DNA of 64,000 bases. Source: Alphaproteobacteria bacterium. GTDB taxonomy: Bacteria > Pseudomonadota > Alphaproteobacteria > UBA828. Positions 9,277 to 17,545 of the stretch are shown here, one piece after another (positions within the stretch are counted from its first letter, which is position 1; each line of letters opens with the position of its first letter). The position numbers were made by a program, and so were the translations under genes. The notes beneath the pieces are model-generated. The model saw only the letters and a list, made by a program, of their open reading frames with translations, had not been told where the DNA came from and searched no databases. The stretch is from positions 672,001 through 736,000 of the forward strand of contig CBDCRW010000005.1 of NCBI GenBank assembly GCA_965221125.1, read 5' to 3'.

Positions 9277-10370
9277 GGGCGGCGCCCGACGCGCCGCCCG
9301 GCTTCGAGGATGCCGGCAACCTGCGCCAGCAGGCCCGCGCCGCGGGCATGGACCCGAATTACTGGTATCCGGTCGAGGAAGTGAGGCGGATCAAGCCGGA
9401 GACGGTGATCGAGGTCGTCTTCTGGAAGCGTTCCATCGCGCTCTTCCGGGGAAAGGACGGCAATTTCCAGGCGGTCGAGGACCGCTGCGCGCATCGCCAG
9501 CTCAAGCTCTCCATCGGCGACGTGCAGGGTTGCCGGCTCGTCTGCGCCTACCATGGCTGGGAGTACGGCGGCGACGGCCGCCCCGCCGGGGTGCCCTACG
9601 ACGACCAGGGGCGGAGCTTCCCCAACCTTGCGCTCAGGACCTACCCGGTGAAGGTCCGCTACGGCCTGGTCTGGCTCTTCCCGGGAGATCCGGAGCAGGC
9701 GGAGGTGCGCCGGATCCCCGACATTCCCGAGCTCGAGGGACCCGGCCGCTGGGCCTGCGTGCCGCTCTGCTTCACCTGGTCGGCCCACCACTCGATGGTG
9801 ATCGACAATGTGAGCGACTTCACCCACGCCCATCTGCACCGCCGCTACCGGCCCTTCGACGGCGCCACGCTCACCCGCTGCGAGACCGTCGGCGACGACG
9901 TGCACCTCGCCTACGACACGAGCGTCGGGCGCGGGCGCATCTCCGGACTCTTCGTCGATCACGACCGGATCGACACCAATTGCATGGAGCTTTGCTACGA
10001 GTACCCCTACCAGTGGTCGAACACCGATGACGCGATCAAGCACTGGCTCTTCGTGCTGCCGGTCGACGAGCGCACGACCCGCGTGTTCTTCCTGTTCTAC
10101 TTCAAGTCGCTGAAGATTCCCCTGCTGCCGCTGCGCATTCCCCGCCCCGCCATGAACGCGGTCTTGAGGATCTCCAACCGCCTGCTCATCGCCCCTCTGC
10201 TCTCCCAGGACCAGTTCGCGCTGGAGGCGGAGCAGCAGGGATACGAGGAGCACTGGGACGCCCGCCCCGTCGAGTTCAACCCGGTGGTCAGGGCCTTTCA
10301 GAAGGTGACCGTGCGCAAGTGGCGGGAGCATCTCGCGCGCGAAGCGGAGAACGGCGATGCCGCCGCCTGA
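9273..10370 (+). CDS. Rieske non-heme iron oxygenase; SdmA-like sterol C-4 methyl oxidase
   Basis: Rieske motif CAH...CAYHGW and mononuclear Fe site DNVSDFTHAHLH. Real start is the ATG at 9273, inside ORF 8424..10370. Confidence 0.8.
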   Translation: MRAAPDAPPGFEDAGNLRQQARAAGMDPNYWYPVEEVRRIKPETVIEVVFWKRSIALFRGKDGNFQAVEDRCAHRQLKLSIGDVQGCRLVCAYHGWEYGGDGRPAGVPYDDQGRSFPNLALRTYPVKVRYGLVWLFPGDPEQAEVRRIPDIPELEGPGRWACVPLCFTWSAHHSMVIDNVSDFTHAHLHRRYRPFDGATLTRCETVGDDVHLAYDTSVGRGRISGLFVDHDRIDTNCMELCYEYPYQWSNTDDAIKHWLFVLPVDERTTRVFFLFYFKSLKIPLLPLRIPRPAMNAVLRISNRLLIAPLLSQDQFALEAEQQGYEEHWDARPVEFNPVVRAFQKVTVRKWREHLAREAENGDAAA

Positions 10371-11457
10371 AGCGCTCGACCTCTCGTCGGCGCTCTCCTG
10401 CGGGACCCTGCTCGAGGCGGCGGCGATGGTGCTGGGGTTCATCGCCCTCCTCTTCGTGATGTCGCTGGTCCTGCCGGGTCGTCGCGTCACGGGCCCCGAT
10501 GCCGACGGAAACGAGCGCGTCTACAAGCTCAACGGCCTCTCCCTCTATCTGATCGTCATGATTGCGGCGTGTGGCGCGCAGGCCTCCGGCATTCTCTCCC
10601 TTTCGGTGCTGCATACCCACATTCTCGCCCTCTTCGTCGTGGCGAACGGATTCGCGTTCGCGCTCTCCGGCTGGCTCTACCTGCGCGGCGTGCGAAAGCC
10701 TCATGCATCGCCCCGGTCCTGGCGGGACTTCTTCTACGGCGTGGACGCCGCTCCGGCCTGGTTGGGGCTGGATCTGAAGCTCTTCAGCTATTGCCCCTCG
10801 CTCATCGGCCTCGCCCTCTTCAACGCATCGTTTGCCGCCGTGCAGTACGAGACCTACGGCGAGCTGACCCTGGGGATGATGCTCTACCAAGTCTTCACCT
10901 TCCTCTACGTGCTCAACTACTTCCAGTTCGAGCAGGGGATGATCCACACCTGGGACATCCTTCGCGAGCGCTTCGGGTGGATGCTGGTCTGGGGCGACTA
11001 CGTGCTGGTGCCCTTCTTCTACTGTCTCCCCGGCTGGTGGCTGGTTCACGCACCGGAGCCGCTGTCTCCGGCCGCCGCCGGCGGGATCGTCGTGCTCTTC
11101 GTTTTCGGCTTCTGGCTCTTTCGCGGGTCGAACCAGCAAAAGCACCGCTTCAAGCGCAATCCCGACGCCAGGATCTGGGGCAAGCCGGCCCGGACCCTGG
11201 ACGGGCGCCTGCTGGTCTCCGGATTCTGGGGCATCGGACGGCATCTCAACTATACCGGCGAGATCTGCGTCTATTTCTCGTTCGCCCTCACCACCGGGTT
11301 TAGCTCCTGGGCTCCCTTCCTGTTGCCGGTATGGCTGGCGGGCCTGCTGTGGCACCGCTCGGGACGCGACGAGCGCCGCTGCCGCGCCAAGTACGGCGCG
11401 CTGTGGGAGCGCTATACCCAGCGGGCGCGCTTCGCGATGCTGCCGTTCATCCATTGA
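10357..11457 (+). CDS. ERG4/ERG24-family sterol reductase (probably Delta14-reductase)
   Basis: Polytopic membrane protein with DILRERFGWMLVWGD, NQQKHRFK, LLVSGFWGIGRHLNYTGE and RDERRCRAKYGALWERY signatures. Confidence 0.9.
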   Translation: MPPPEALDLSSALSCGTLLEAAAMVLGFIALLFVMSLVLPGRRVTGPDADGNERVYKLNGLSLYLIVMIAACGAQASGILSLSVLHTHILALFVVANGFAFALSGWLYLRGVRKPHASPRSWRDFFYGVDAAPAWLGLDLKLFSYCPSLIGLALFNASFAAVQYETYGELTLGMMLYQVFTFLYVLNYFQFEQGMIHTWDILRERFGWMLVWGDYVLVPFFYCLPGWWLVHAPEPLSPAAAGGIVVLFVFGFWLFRGSNQQKHRFKRNPDARIWGKPARTLDGRLLVSGFWGIGRHLNYTGEICVYFSFALTTGFSSWAPFLLPVWLAGLLWHRSGRDERRCRAKYGALWERYTQRARFAMLPFIH

Positions 11458-11465
11458 GGCCGGCG

Positions 11466-12875
11466 ATGGCAAACCGAATTCACAGTCTGGATGCGCCGCG
11501 CTCGGCTCGGTTCCGGCCGCGCTCGGAGAACGCCGCTCCCATGCTCGCGGGCGGGTGGCCGTTGCTCGGCCATCTGCCGGAATTCCAGAGGGATCCGGTC
11601 GCCATGTTGAGCCGCGGCTGGCGCGAGCATGGCGCGCTCTTCCGCTTCCGGCTCGGGACCCGCGCTTTCGTTCTCTTCGCCGGGCCCGAAGCCCACGACT
11701 TCTATTTCAGGGCACCCGAGGAACAGCTGAACGCCAAGGCCGTCTACCGCTTCACCGTGCCCATCTTCGGACGCGGCGTGGCCTACGACACCTCCCCGGA
11801 GATCATGTCGGAGCAGCTGGGCTTTCTCTTTCCGGCGCTCCGCGAGGCGGCCATGCGCAGGTTCGCCCTCGTCATGTTCGACGAGGCGCGGCAGTTCGCC
11901 GACTCCCTGGGCAAGGAAGGGGAAATCGATCTGCCGCAGGCGATGAACGAGCTCACGGTCAAGATCGCCGGCCGCTGCCTGATCGGACAGGAAGTCCGCG
12001 ATCGGGTGGACGCCGGCTTTGCCGAGATCTACCGCGACCTGCAGAAGGGCATTAACACCCTGGGATTTTTCCTCCCTAGGCTTCCCGTCGCAGCGCATCG
12101 AAAGCGCGACAAGGCCCGGCGACGGGTGGCGGAGCTCTTCGGCGGGATCATGGCCGCGCGCCGGGATGCCGGGGCCAGCCCCGACGACTTCATGCAGACG
12201 CTCATGAACGCCCGCTACAAGAGCGGCCGCGCCCTCAGCGACGACGAGATCACGGGGATCCTGCTGACGGTGCTCTTCGCAGGCCAGCACACCAGCGCGG
12301 TGCTCGCGACCTGGATCGGCCTGGAGCTGCTCAGGGCGCCGGCGTACCTGGCACGGGCGAGAGACGAGGTGCGGGAGGTTTACCGCGAAGCAGGGTCCGT
12401 GAGCATCGACAGCCTCCAGCGCCAGCCGGCCCTGGAGAACGCCGTCCGCGAATGCGAGCGGCTGCACCCGCCGCTGATATTGCTGATCCGGAAGGTGCTC
12501 GAGCCCCTGCGCTACGGAGACCGCGTCGTGCCCGCCGGCACCATGGCGATGGTGTCGCCGGCGGTCTCTCACCGCCTGCCCCACATCTTCGAGGACCCGG
12601 AGCGCTTCTTTCCCGACCGCTTCGCCGCTCCGGCGTGCGAGGACAAGCAGCACCACTACGCCCTGATCGGCTTCGGCGGCGGCAAGCACGCGTGCATGGG
12701 CAAGAACTTCGCGTACATGCAGCTCAAGGCGATCTGGACCGTTCTGCTCGATCGCTTCGATTTCTCTCTCAGCGGCGCGTTTCCCCGTCCGAACTACGGC
12801 AGCTGGGTGACCGGGCCTGAGAGACCGTGCCGCGTCCGCTACCGTCGCCGCGCGCAGCCGAGCGCATTCTCATGA
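11466..12875 (+). CDS. cyp51: Cytochrome P450 CYP51, sterol 14-alpha-demethylase
   Basis: CYP51-type B'/BC loop YRFTVPIFGRGVAYD, I-helix LFAGQHTS, ExxR ECERLHPP, heme motif FGGGKHACMG. Start at 11466 or 11541. Confidence 0.92.
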   Translation: MANRIHSLDAPRSARFRPRSENAAPMLAGGWPLLGHLPEFQRDPVAMLSRGWREHGALFRFRLGTRAFVLFAGPEAHDFYFRAPEEQLNAKAVYRFTVPIFGRGVAYDTSPEIMSEQLGFLFPALREAAMRRFALVMFDEARQFADSLGKEGEIDLPQAMNELTVKIAGRCLIGQEVRDRVDAGFAEIYRDLQKGINTLGFFLPRLPVAAHRKRDKARRRVAELFGGIMAARRDAGASPDDFMQTLMNARYKSGRALSDDEITGILLTVLFAGQHTSAVLATWIGLELLRAPAYLARARDEVREVYREAGSVSIDSLQRQPALENAVRECERLHPPLILLIRKVLEPLRYGDRVVPAGTMAMVSPAVSHRLPHIFEDPERFFPDRFAAPACEDKQHHYALIGFGGGKHACMGKNFAYMQLKAIWTVLLDRFDFSLSGAFPRPNYGSWVTGPERPCRVRYRRRAQPSAFS

Positions 12876-15800
12876 GCGCCGCCGCGTCGCGGCGTTACGA
12901 CGTGGCCATCGTCGGCGCGGGGCCGGTGGGGAGCCTGTGCGCGCTCGCTCACGCGCGGAAGGGCGCCCGGGTGGCCCTGCTGGAAGCGAATCCCAGGGCG
13001 TCCGAGCGCCTGGCGGGCGAATGGCTGCATCCGCCCGGCGTCCAGATACTGCGGCACTTCGGGATCGGGCCGGACACCCTGCCCCGCAGCACCGCGGGCA
13101 GGGGCTTCGTCGTGTTTCCCGATGACGGCTCGAAGCCGATCGTGCTTCCCTACATGAACGGCTCGCGGGGTCTGGCCTGCGACCATGCGGTGCTCGTCTC
13201 GAAGCTGCGGGACGCCATCGGGAACGAGCCGGACGTGGATTTCTTCGCCCCCGCGCGGGTCGGTGAAGTCGAAGACGGCCGGCTGGCCTTCACCAGCAAC
13301 GGCACGGTTCACACCGTCCGCGCCGCACGGATTATCGGCGCCGACGGCCGGGCCTCGATCGTGCGCCAGTCGCTCGGCCTGTCGACGGACCCGATGCTCT
13401 GCTCGCGCATGCTGGGGGTCACGGTGAGCGGTGTGAGCCTGCCCTTCGAAGGTCATGGGCATGTGCTGCTCGGCGGCCCAGGGCCGATACTCGCCTACGG
13501 CGTGGCAAACGATTGCGTCCGGATCATCGCCGATGTCCCGCTGGACCGCTGGTCACGCCAGGACCGGGTCGGCTTCCTGACGGAATCCTATGCCGCCCTG
13601 CTGCCGGAGACTCTCAGGCCGGCGTTCGTCGAGGCGCTGCGAGCGGGGCAATTCGACGTTGCAGCCAATCAGCTGCGGCCGCGCGTCACTTACGGCACCC
13701 CGCTTCGCGTGTTGATCGGCGACGCGGCCGGGCACTACCACCCCATGACGGCGGTCGGCATGACCCTCGGATTCGGCGATGCGCTCGCCCTCGCCGAGGG
13801 CGGGAGCTTTCGCGACTTCGCCGCCAGGCGCTTCCGGGCGACCCATGTGCCGGAGTTGCTCGCCATGGGGCTCTACGAGGTCTTCGCCGATCGTCGGGCC
13901 GAGGCGGTGGCGATGAAACACGCGGTCTACCGGGGGCTGCGAACGAGCTCCGATTACCGGGAGCGGACCTCGCGGATACTTGCCTGCGAAGATCGATCCG
14001 CGCTCGGGATGGGTCTCGCGTTTTTCGGAACGGCAATCCGGGCGGCGGCCGTGGAGATTCCGCTCTCCCTCCGCCAGTTCGCTCCGCGCCGGGGTCTGAG
14101 GATCTTCGGTGCGCTCGTCGTTCGTCTCTGGTGGCTCCTGCGTTGGGGTCTGCAGCTGCGCCGGTCAAGACGCCGGGGCGGGCGGAACGACGAGCGGGCC
14201 CTGGACAGCCTGGCCCGAGCACTCCTGCACTCCATGCCGTCGGGGCTCGACGCGGCCGGATCCGGCCGGCCGAAGGACTCCGAGGCGCCCGATGCCGGTC
14301 CGGCACTGGCGAGCGCGACGGCGCAGCTCCTCAGCCTCCAGGGCGAGGACGGCGGCTGGGAAGGCGAGATGGTCTGGTGCCCCATGCTCACCGCGCAATA
14401 CGTGCTGCTGCACCACATCATCGGCCGGCCGCTCGAGCCCGGCCGGCGCCGGCGCGTGCTGCGCTCCTTCGAACGGACCCGTCTCGAAGCAGGCTCCTGG
14501 GGCCTGCACGAGCACGCGTCGCCCCACCTCTTCGTCACCGCCATGGTCTACGTCGCGGCGAGGCTGCTCGGGGTCGAGCGTGACGATCCCCTTGTCGAGC
14601 CGGCCCGGCGCTTCATACAGGCCGAGGGGATCGTGGCCATTCCGAGCTGGGGAAAGTTCTGGCTGGCGCTGCTCAACCTCTACGACTGGCGCGGGGTCAA
14701 CGCCGTCCTGCCGGAGCTGTGGAGCCTGCCGCGGCGCATACCCTTGCATCCCTCCAACTGGTACTGCCACACGCGGCTCATCTACATGGCGATGGCGGCG
14801 GTTTACGCGCACCGCTTCCAGGCACCCGTCACGCCCCTGATCGCCGCGCTGCGGGAGGAGCTGTTCCCGCAAGGATTTGCGGAGGTAGATTTCTCCGCCG
14901 CCCGCAGTTGCCTGCGGGAGGCCGACCTCTACGCGCGGCCGAGCGTGTGGCTCAAGGCTGGATACAGGATTGCGCGCGTGTTCGATCGGCTCCACGGCAA
15001 GCGCCTGCGTGCCCGATGCACGGAGGCGATCGTCCGGCAGATCAGATGGGAGCTGCAGACCACCAGCCATACGAGCATCTCTCCGGTGAGCGGCCTTCTC
15101 AACATGCTTGCCCTGTGGCTGCGCGATCCGGACGACGCCGATCTGCACCAGGCGCTCGCGAAGCTGGACGGCTGGTTCTGGGAGGACGAGGAAGAGGGTG
15201 CGCGCGTCGTCGGCGCGAGAAGCGCCTCGTGGGACAGCGGCTTCGCGTTGCAGGCGCTGGCGGCGGCGCCCGCGTTCGACGGGGTAGAGGACGCGCTGCA
15301 GCGCGGCGCCGACTTCCTGCTCAGGCAACAGATTGCCGCCAGCTTCGACGGGTTTCGCGAGGCCTATCGAACCGACCCCAGGGGCGGCTGGTGCTTTGCC
15401 GGGGGATGGCATGGCTGGCCGGTGAGCGACTGCACTGCGGAGGCGGTGCTCGGACTTCACGCTGCCGGTCGCGGCGCTCTGCACGCGAGCGCGTTGCGCG
15501 ATGCGGTCGGGTTCATGCTGCGCTGCCAGAACCGCGATGGCGGATTCGGCAGCTACGAGGCGCGACGCGCGGCTTTCGGTCTGGAGTGGATGAATCCGGC
15601 CGAGATGTTCGGCGATTCGATGACCGAGCAATCCTATGTCGAGTGCACCGTGTCCTGCCTCGCGGCGCTCGCCGCCTGCAGGGAGGACGTTCCGCAAATC
15701 GTGGATGGAGCCGTGACGGGCGCGATCGCCCGGGCCGATGCCTGGCTTCGCCGAACCCAGGCAAGCGACGGGTCGTGGCGCGGCGTGTGGGGGGTTCAGT

Positions 15801-16282
15801 TCATTTACGGAACCCTCTTCGGAATCAGGGGTCTTCTGTCGGCCGGAGCCGGCCCCGACGATCCGGCGCTTCGCTCGGCCTGCCGCTGGCTGCTGGAGCG
15901 CCAGCGGGAAGACGGCGGATGGGGCGAGCACCACAGCGGCTGCCTGACCGGCCGATACGTGCCGCACGAGGAAAGCCAGGTCGTCCAGACCGCGTGGGCC
16001 TTGATCGCACTCCTCGAGGCGAACGAATCGAACTGGACTGCGATTTCGCGGGGCGCCCGCTTCCTGCTCGACGCGCAGGACGCCGACGGGACGTGGCCCA
16101 GGCAGGACATGGCTGGCGTGTTCTTCCGAACGGCGCTCCTGGATTACGTGCTGTACCGACGGTATTTCCCGCTGCACGCGCTCGCTCTCTACGAGCGCCG
16201 CCGCCGCGAGCGGCTGGGTCTCGCCGCCGCCCCGCGCGCCGCCGACGCGCCTGCGGCTCCGTCCGAGGCGGCTGCGGCCTGA
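12872..16282 (+). CDS. Squalene epoxidase - 2,3-oxidosqualene cyclase fusion protein (1136 aa)
   Basis: N-terminal FAD monooxygenase with GAGPVG, RLAGEWLHPPG, IGADG, LIGDAAGHYHPMTAVGMT. C-terminal cyclase with GWPVSDCTAE (15428-15442), several QW repeats (QGEDGGW, QNRDGGF, QASDGSW, QREDGGW, QDADGTW) and WYCHTR. No stop between the domains. Confidence 0.92.
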   Translation: MSAAASRRYDVAIVGAGPVGSLCALAHARKGARVALLEANPRASERLAGEWLHPPGVQILRHFGIGPDTLPRSTAGRGFVVFPDDGSKPIVLPYMNGSRGLACDHAVLVSKLRDAIGNEPDVDFFAPARVGEVEDGRLAFTSNGTVHTVRAARIIGADGRASIVRQSLGLSTDPMLCSRMLGVTVSGVSLPFEGHGHVLLGGPGPILAYGVANDCVRIIADVPLDRWSRQDRVGFLTESYAALLPETLRPAFVEALRAGQFDVAANQLRPRVTYGTPLRVLIGDAAGHYHPMTAVGMTLGFGDALALAEGGSFRDFAARRFRATHVPELLAMGLYEVFADRRAEAVAMKHAVYRGLRTSSDYRERTSRILACEDRSALGMGLAFFGTAIRAAAVEIPLSLRQFAPRRGLRIFGALVVRLWWLLRWGLQLRRSRRRGGRNDERALDSLARALLHSMPSGLDAAGSGRPKDSEAPDAGPALASATAQLLSLQGEDGGWEGEMVWCPMLTAQYVLLHHIIGRPLEPGRRRRVLRSFERTRLEAGSWGLHEHASPHLFVTAMVYVAARLLGVERDDPLVEPARRFIQAEGIVAIPSWGKFWLALLNLYDWRGVNAVLPELWSLPRRIPLHPSNWYCHTRLIYMAMAAVYAHRFQAPVTPLIAALREELFPQGFAEVDFSAARSCLREADLYARPSVWLKAGYRIARVFDRLHGKRLRARCTEAIVRQIRWELQTTSHTSISPVSGLLNMLALWLRDPDDADLHQALAKLDGWFWEDEEEGARVVGARSASWDSGFALQALAAAPAFDGVEDALQRGADFLLRQQIAASFDGFREAYRTDPRGGWCFAGGWHGWPVSDCTAEAVLGLHAAGRGALHASALRDAVGFMLRCQNRDGGFGSYEARRAAFGLEWMNPAEMFGDSMTEQSYVECTVSCLAALAACREDVPQIVDGAVTGAIARADAWLRRTQASDGSWRGVWGVQFIYGTLFGIRGLLSAGAGPDDPALRSACRWLLERQREDGGWGEHHSGCLTGRYVPHEESQVVQTAWALIALLEANESNWTAISRGARFLLDAQDADGTWPRQDMAGVFFRTALLDYVLYRRYFPLHALALYERRRRERLGLAAAPRAADAPAAPSEAAAA

Positions 16283-16348
16283 TTCCCGGTCCCGAGCGTC
16301 GGCGTTCCCGCAGAGGCGCGCGCGGCCGACAGATAACGCCCGCTTCGA

Positions 16349-17380
16349 TCAGTCGTGCGGGGGGCCGGGCTTGCGGGCCAGGAAAAAGAACATCGGCGTG
16401 AAGACGCCGGACCTGCCGCCGTCCACCAGCGCGTCCGCCGCCGCGTTCAGGAGCGTGCTGACCGCGCGGGAGCCCTCGGGAAAGAGCCGAAGCCGTTCGC
16501 CCACCCGCAAGGTCAGGTTGGTCAGCGCGCGGCCGACGGGCGTGCGCGGAAGACTCGAAAGACTGAGGTCACGACCCTGCAAGGCACGATACCAGGGCAT
16601 CTCCGGGTCCGCTTCGGGCGCGCGGTCGCGCGCGTCCAGGAGCTCGAATCCCGCCGTCCGCAACGCGGCGGAAACCTGCGACGTGGAAGCGATGTCCGGC
16701 AGCGCATCGCCGACCATGATGTCGTTCCTGATTCGCCGATGCTCCGCGTTGGCTGAATCGAATTTCTCGGTGAGGCACCAGTCGTAGCCCGCGAAGCAGG
16801 CTCCGGGACGAAGCACACGCAGGATCTCCCGGAACGCCGCTGTCTTGTCGGGCGCGTGGGGCATGGACTCGATCGCAATGGCAGCATCGTAGCGGTCGTC
16901 TTCCTCGGGAATCTGCATGTAGTCGCCGTGAATGAAGCGGCATAACGACCGGACATCCCGGGTGTGAAGTTTGGCGCGCTCGATCTGGTAGGCGTTGTTG
17001 TTGATTCCGACAAAGCTGGCCCCGGAATGGCGGGCCAGATTGCCCGTCGGCCCGCCGACACCGCAGCCGACATCGAGCACGTGCATACCCGGCTTCAGGG
17101 ACAGCCTTTCGGCCAGAAAATGCTGGTGCCGGAGCAGCGACGCCTTGAAGCTCTCGCCCCGCCTTCGGGGAGCGAAGTGAAAGGACTGGCCCCAACCGAA
17201 CTCATAGAAATCGGTCACCAGATCGTAGTAGCGATTCACGAACGAGCGATAATGCTCCTTCCTGCGCTCCAGGCCGGCATCGTAGATTTCGGTGTATCCG
17301 TCGACCGTGGACCTTACTTCGTCCGGGGCGAGATTCGCGAGGGTGCGCGCTTTCGATCGTGCGCCGGAGGTGCGATTCAT
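16349..17380 (-). CDS. smt: SAM-dependent sterol C-24 methyltransferase (ERG6/SMT family)
   Basis: Region I YYDLVTDFYEFGWGQSFHFAPR, SAM motif LDVGCGVGGP, IESMPHAP, RVLRPG..F..YDW, C-terminal GVFTPMFFFLARKP. Confidence 0.93.
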   Translation of the reverse strand: MNRTSGARSKARTLANLAPDEVRSTVDGYTEIYDAGLERRKEHYRSFVNRYYDLVTDFYEFGWGQSFHFAPRRRGESFKASLLRHQHFLAERLSLKPGMHVLDVGCGVGGPTGNLARHSGASFVGINNNAYQIERAKLHTRDVRSLCRFIHGDYMQIPEEDDRYDAAIAIESMPHAPDKTAAFREILRVLRPGACFAGYDWCLTEKFDSANAEHRRIRNDIMVGDALPDIASTSQVSAALRTAGFELLDARDRAPEADPEMPWYRALQGRDLSLSSLPRTPVGRALTNLTLRVGERLRLFPEGSRAVSTLLNAAADALVDGGRSGVFTPMFFFLARKPGPPHD

Positions 17381-17545
17381 CCGTGCATCTTGCCAGAGCC
17401 GCACGTCGTCCCCAAGACCGGCGTGTTGCGGGTTCCAGCGCTTCGCTTCATGTCACCGATACGGACCGCGTCCGGGGTGCCGCCCTCTCCGCGGGGTACA
17501 ATGCGGCAAGCCTCAGCACCGGCGTATCCGAGAGGAGCGAATCGC

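Noticed and set aside
14290-16282. Squalene-hopene cyclase / hopanoid cluster
   Set aside because: The catalytic motif is DCTAE, not DXDD, and the neighbours (epoxidase, CYP51, SMT) are sterol-specific.
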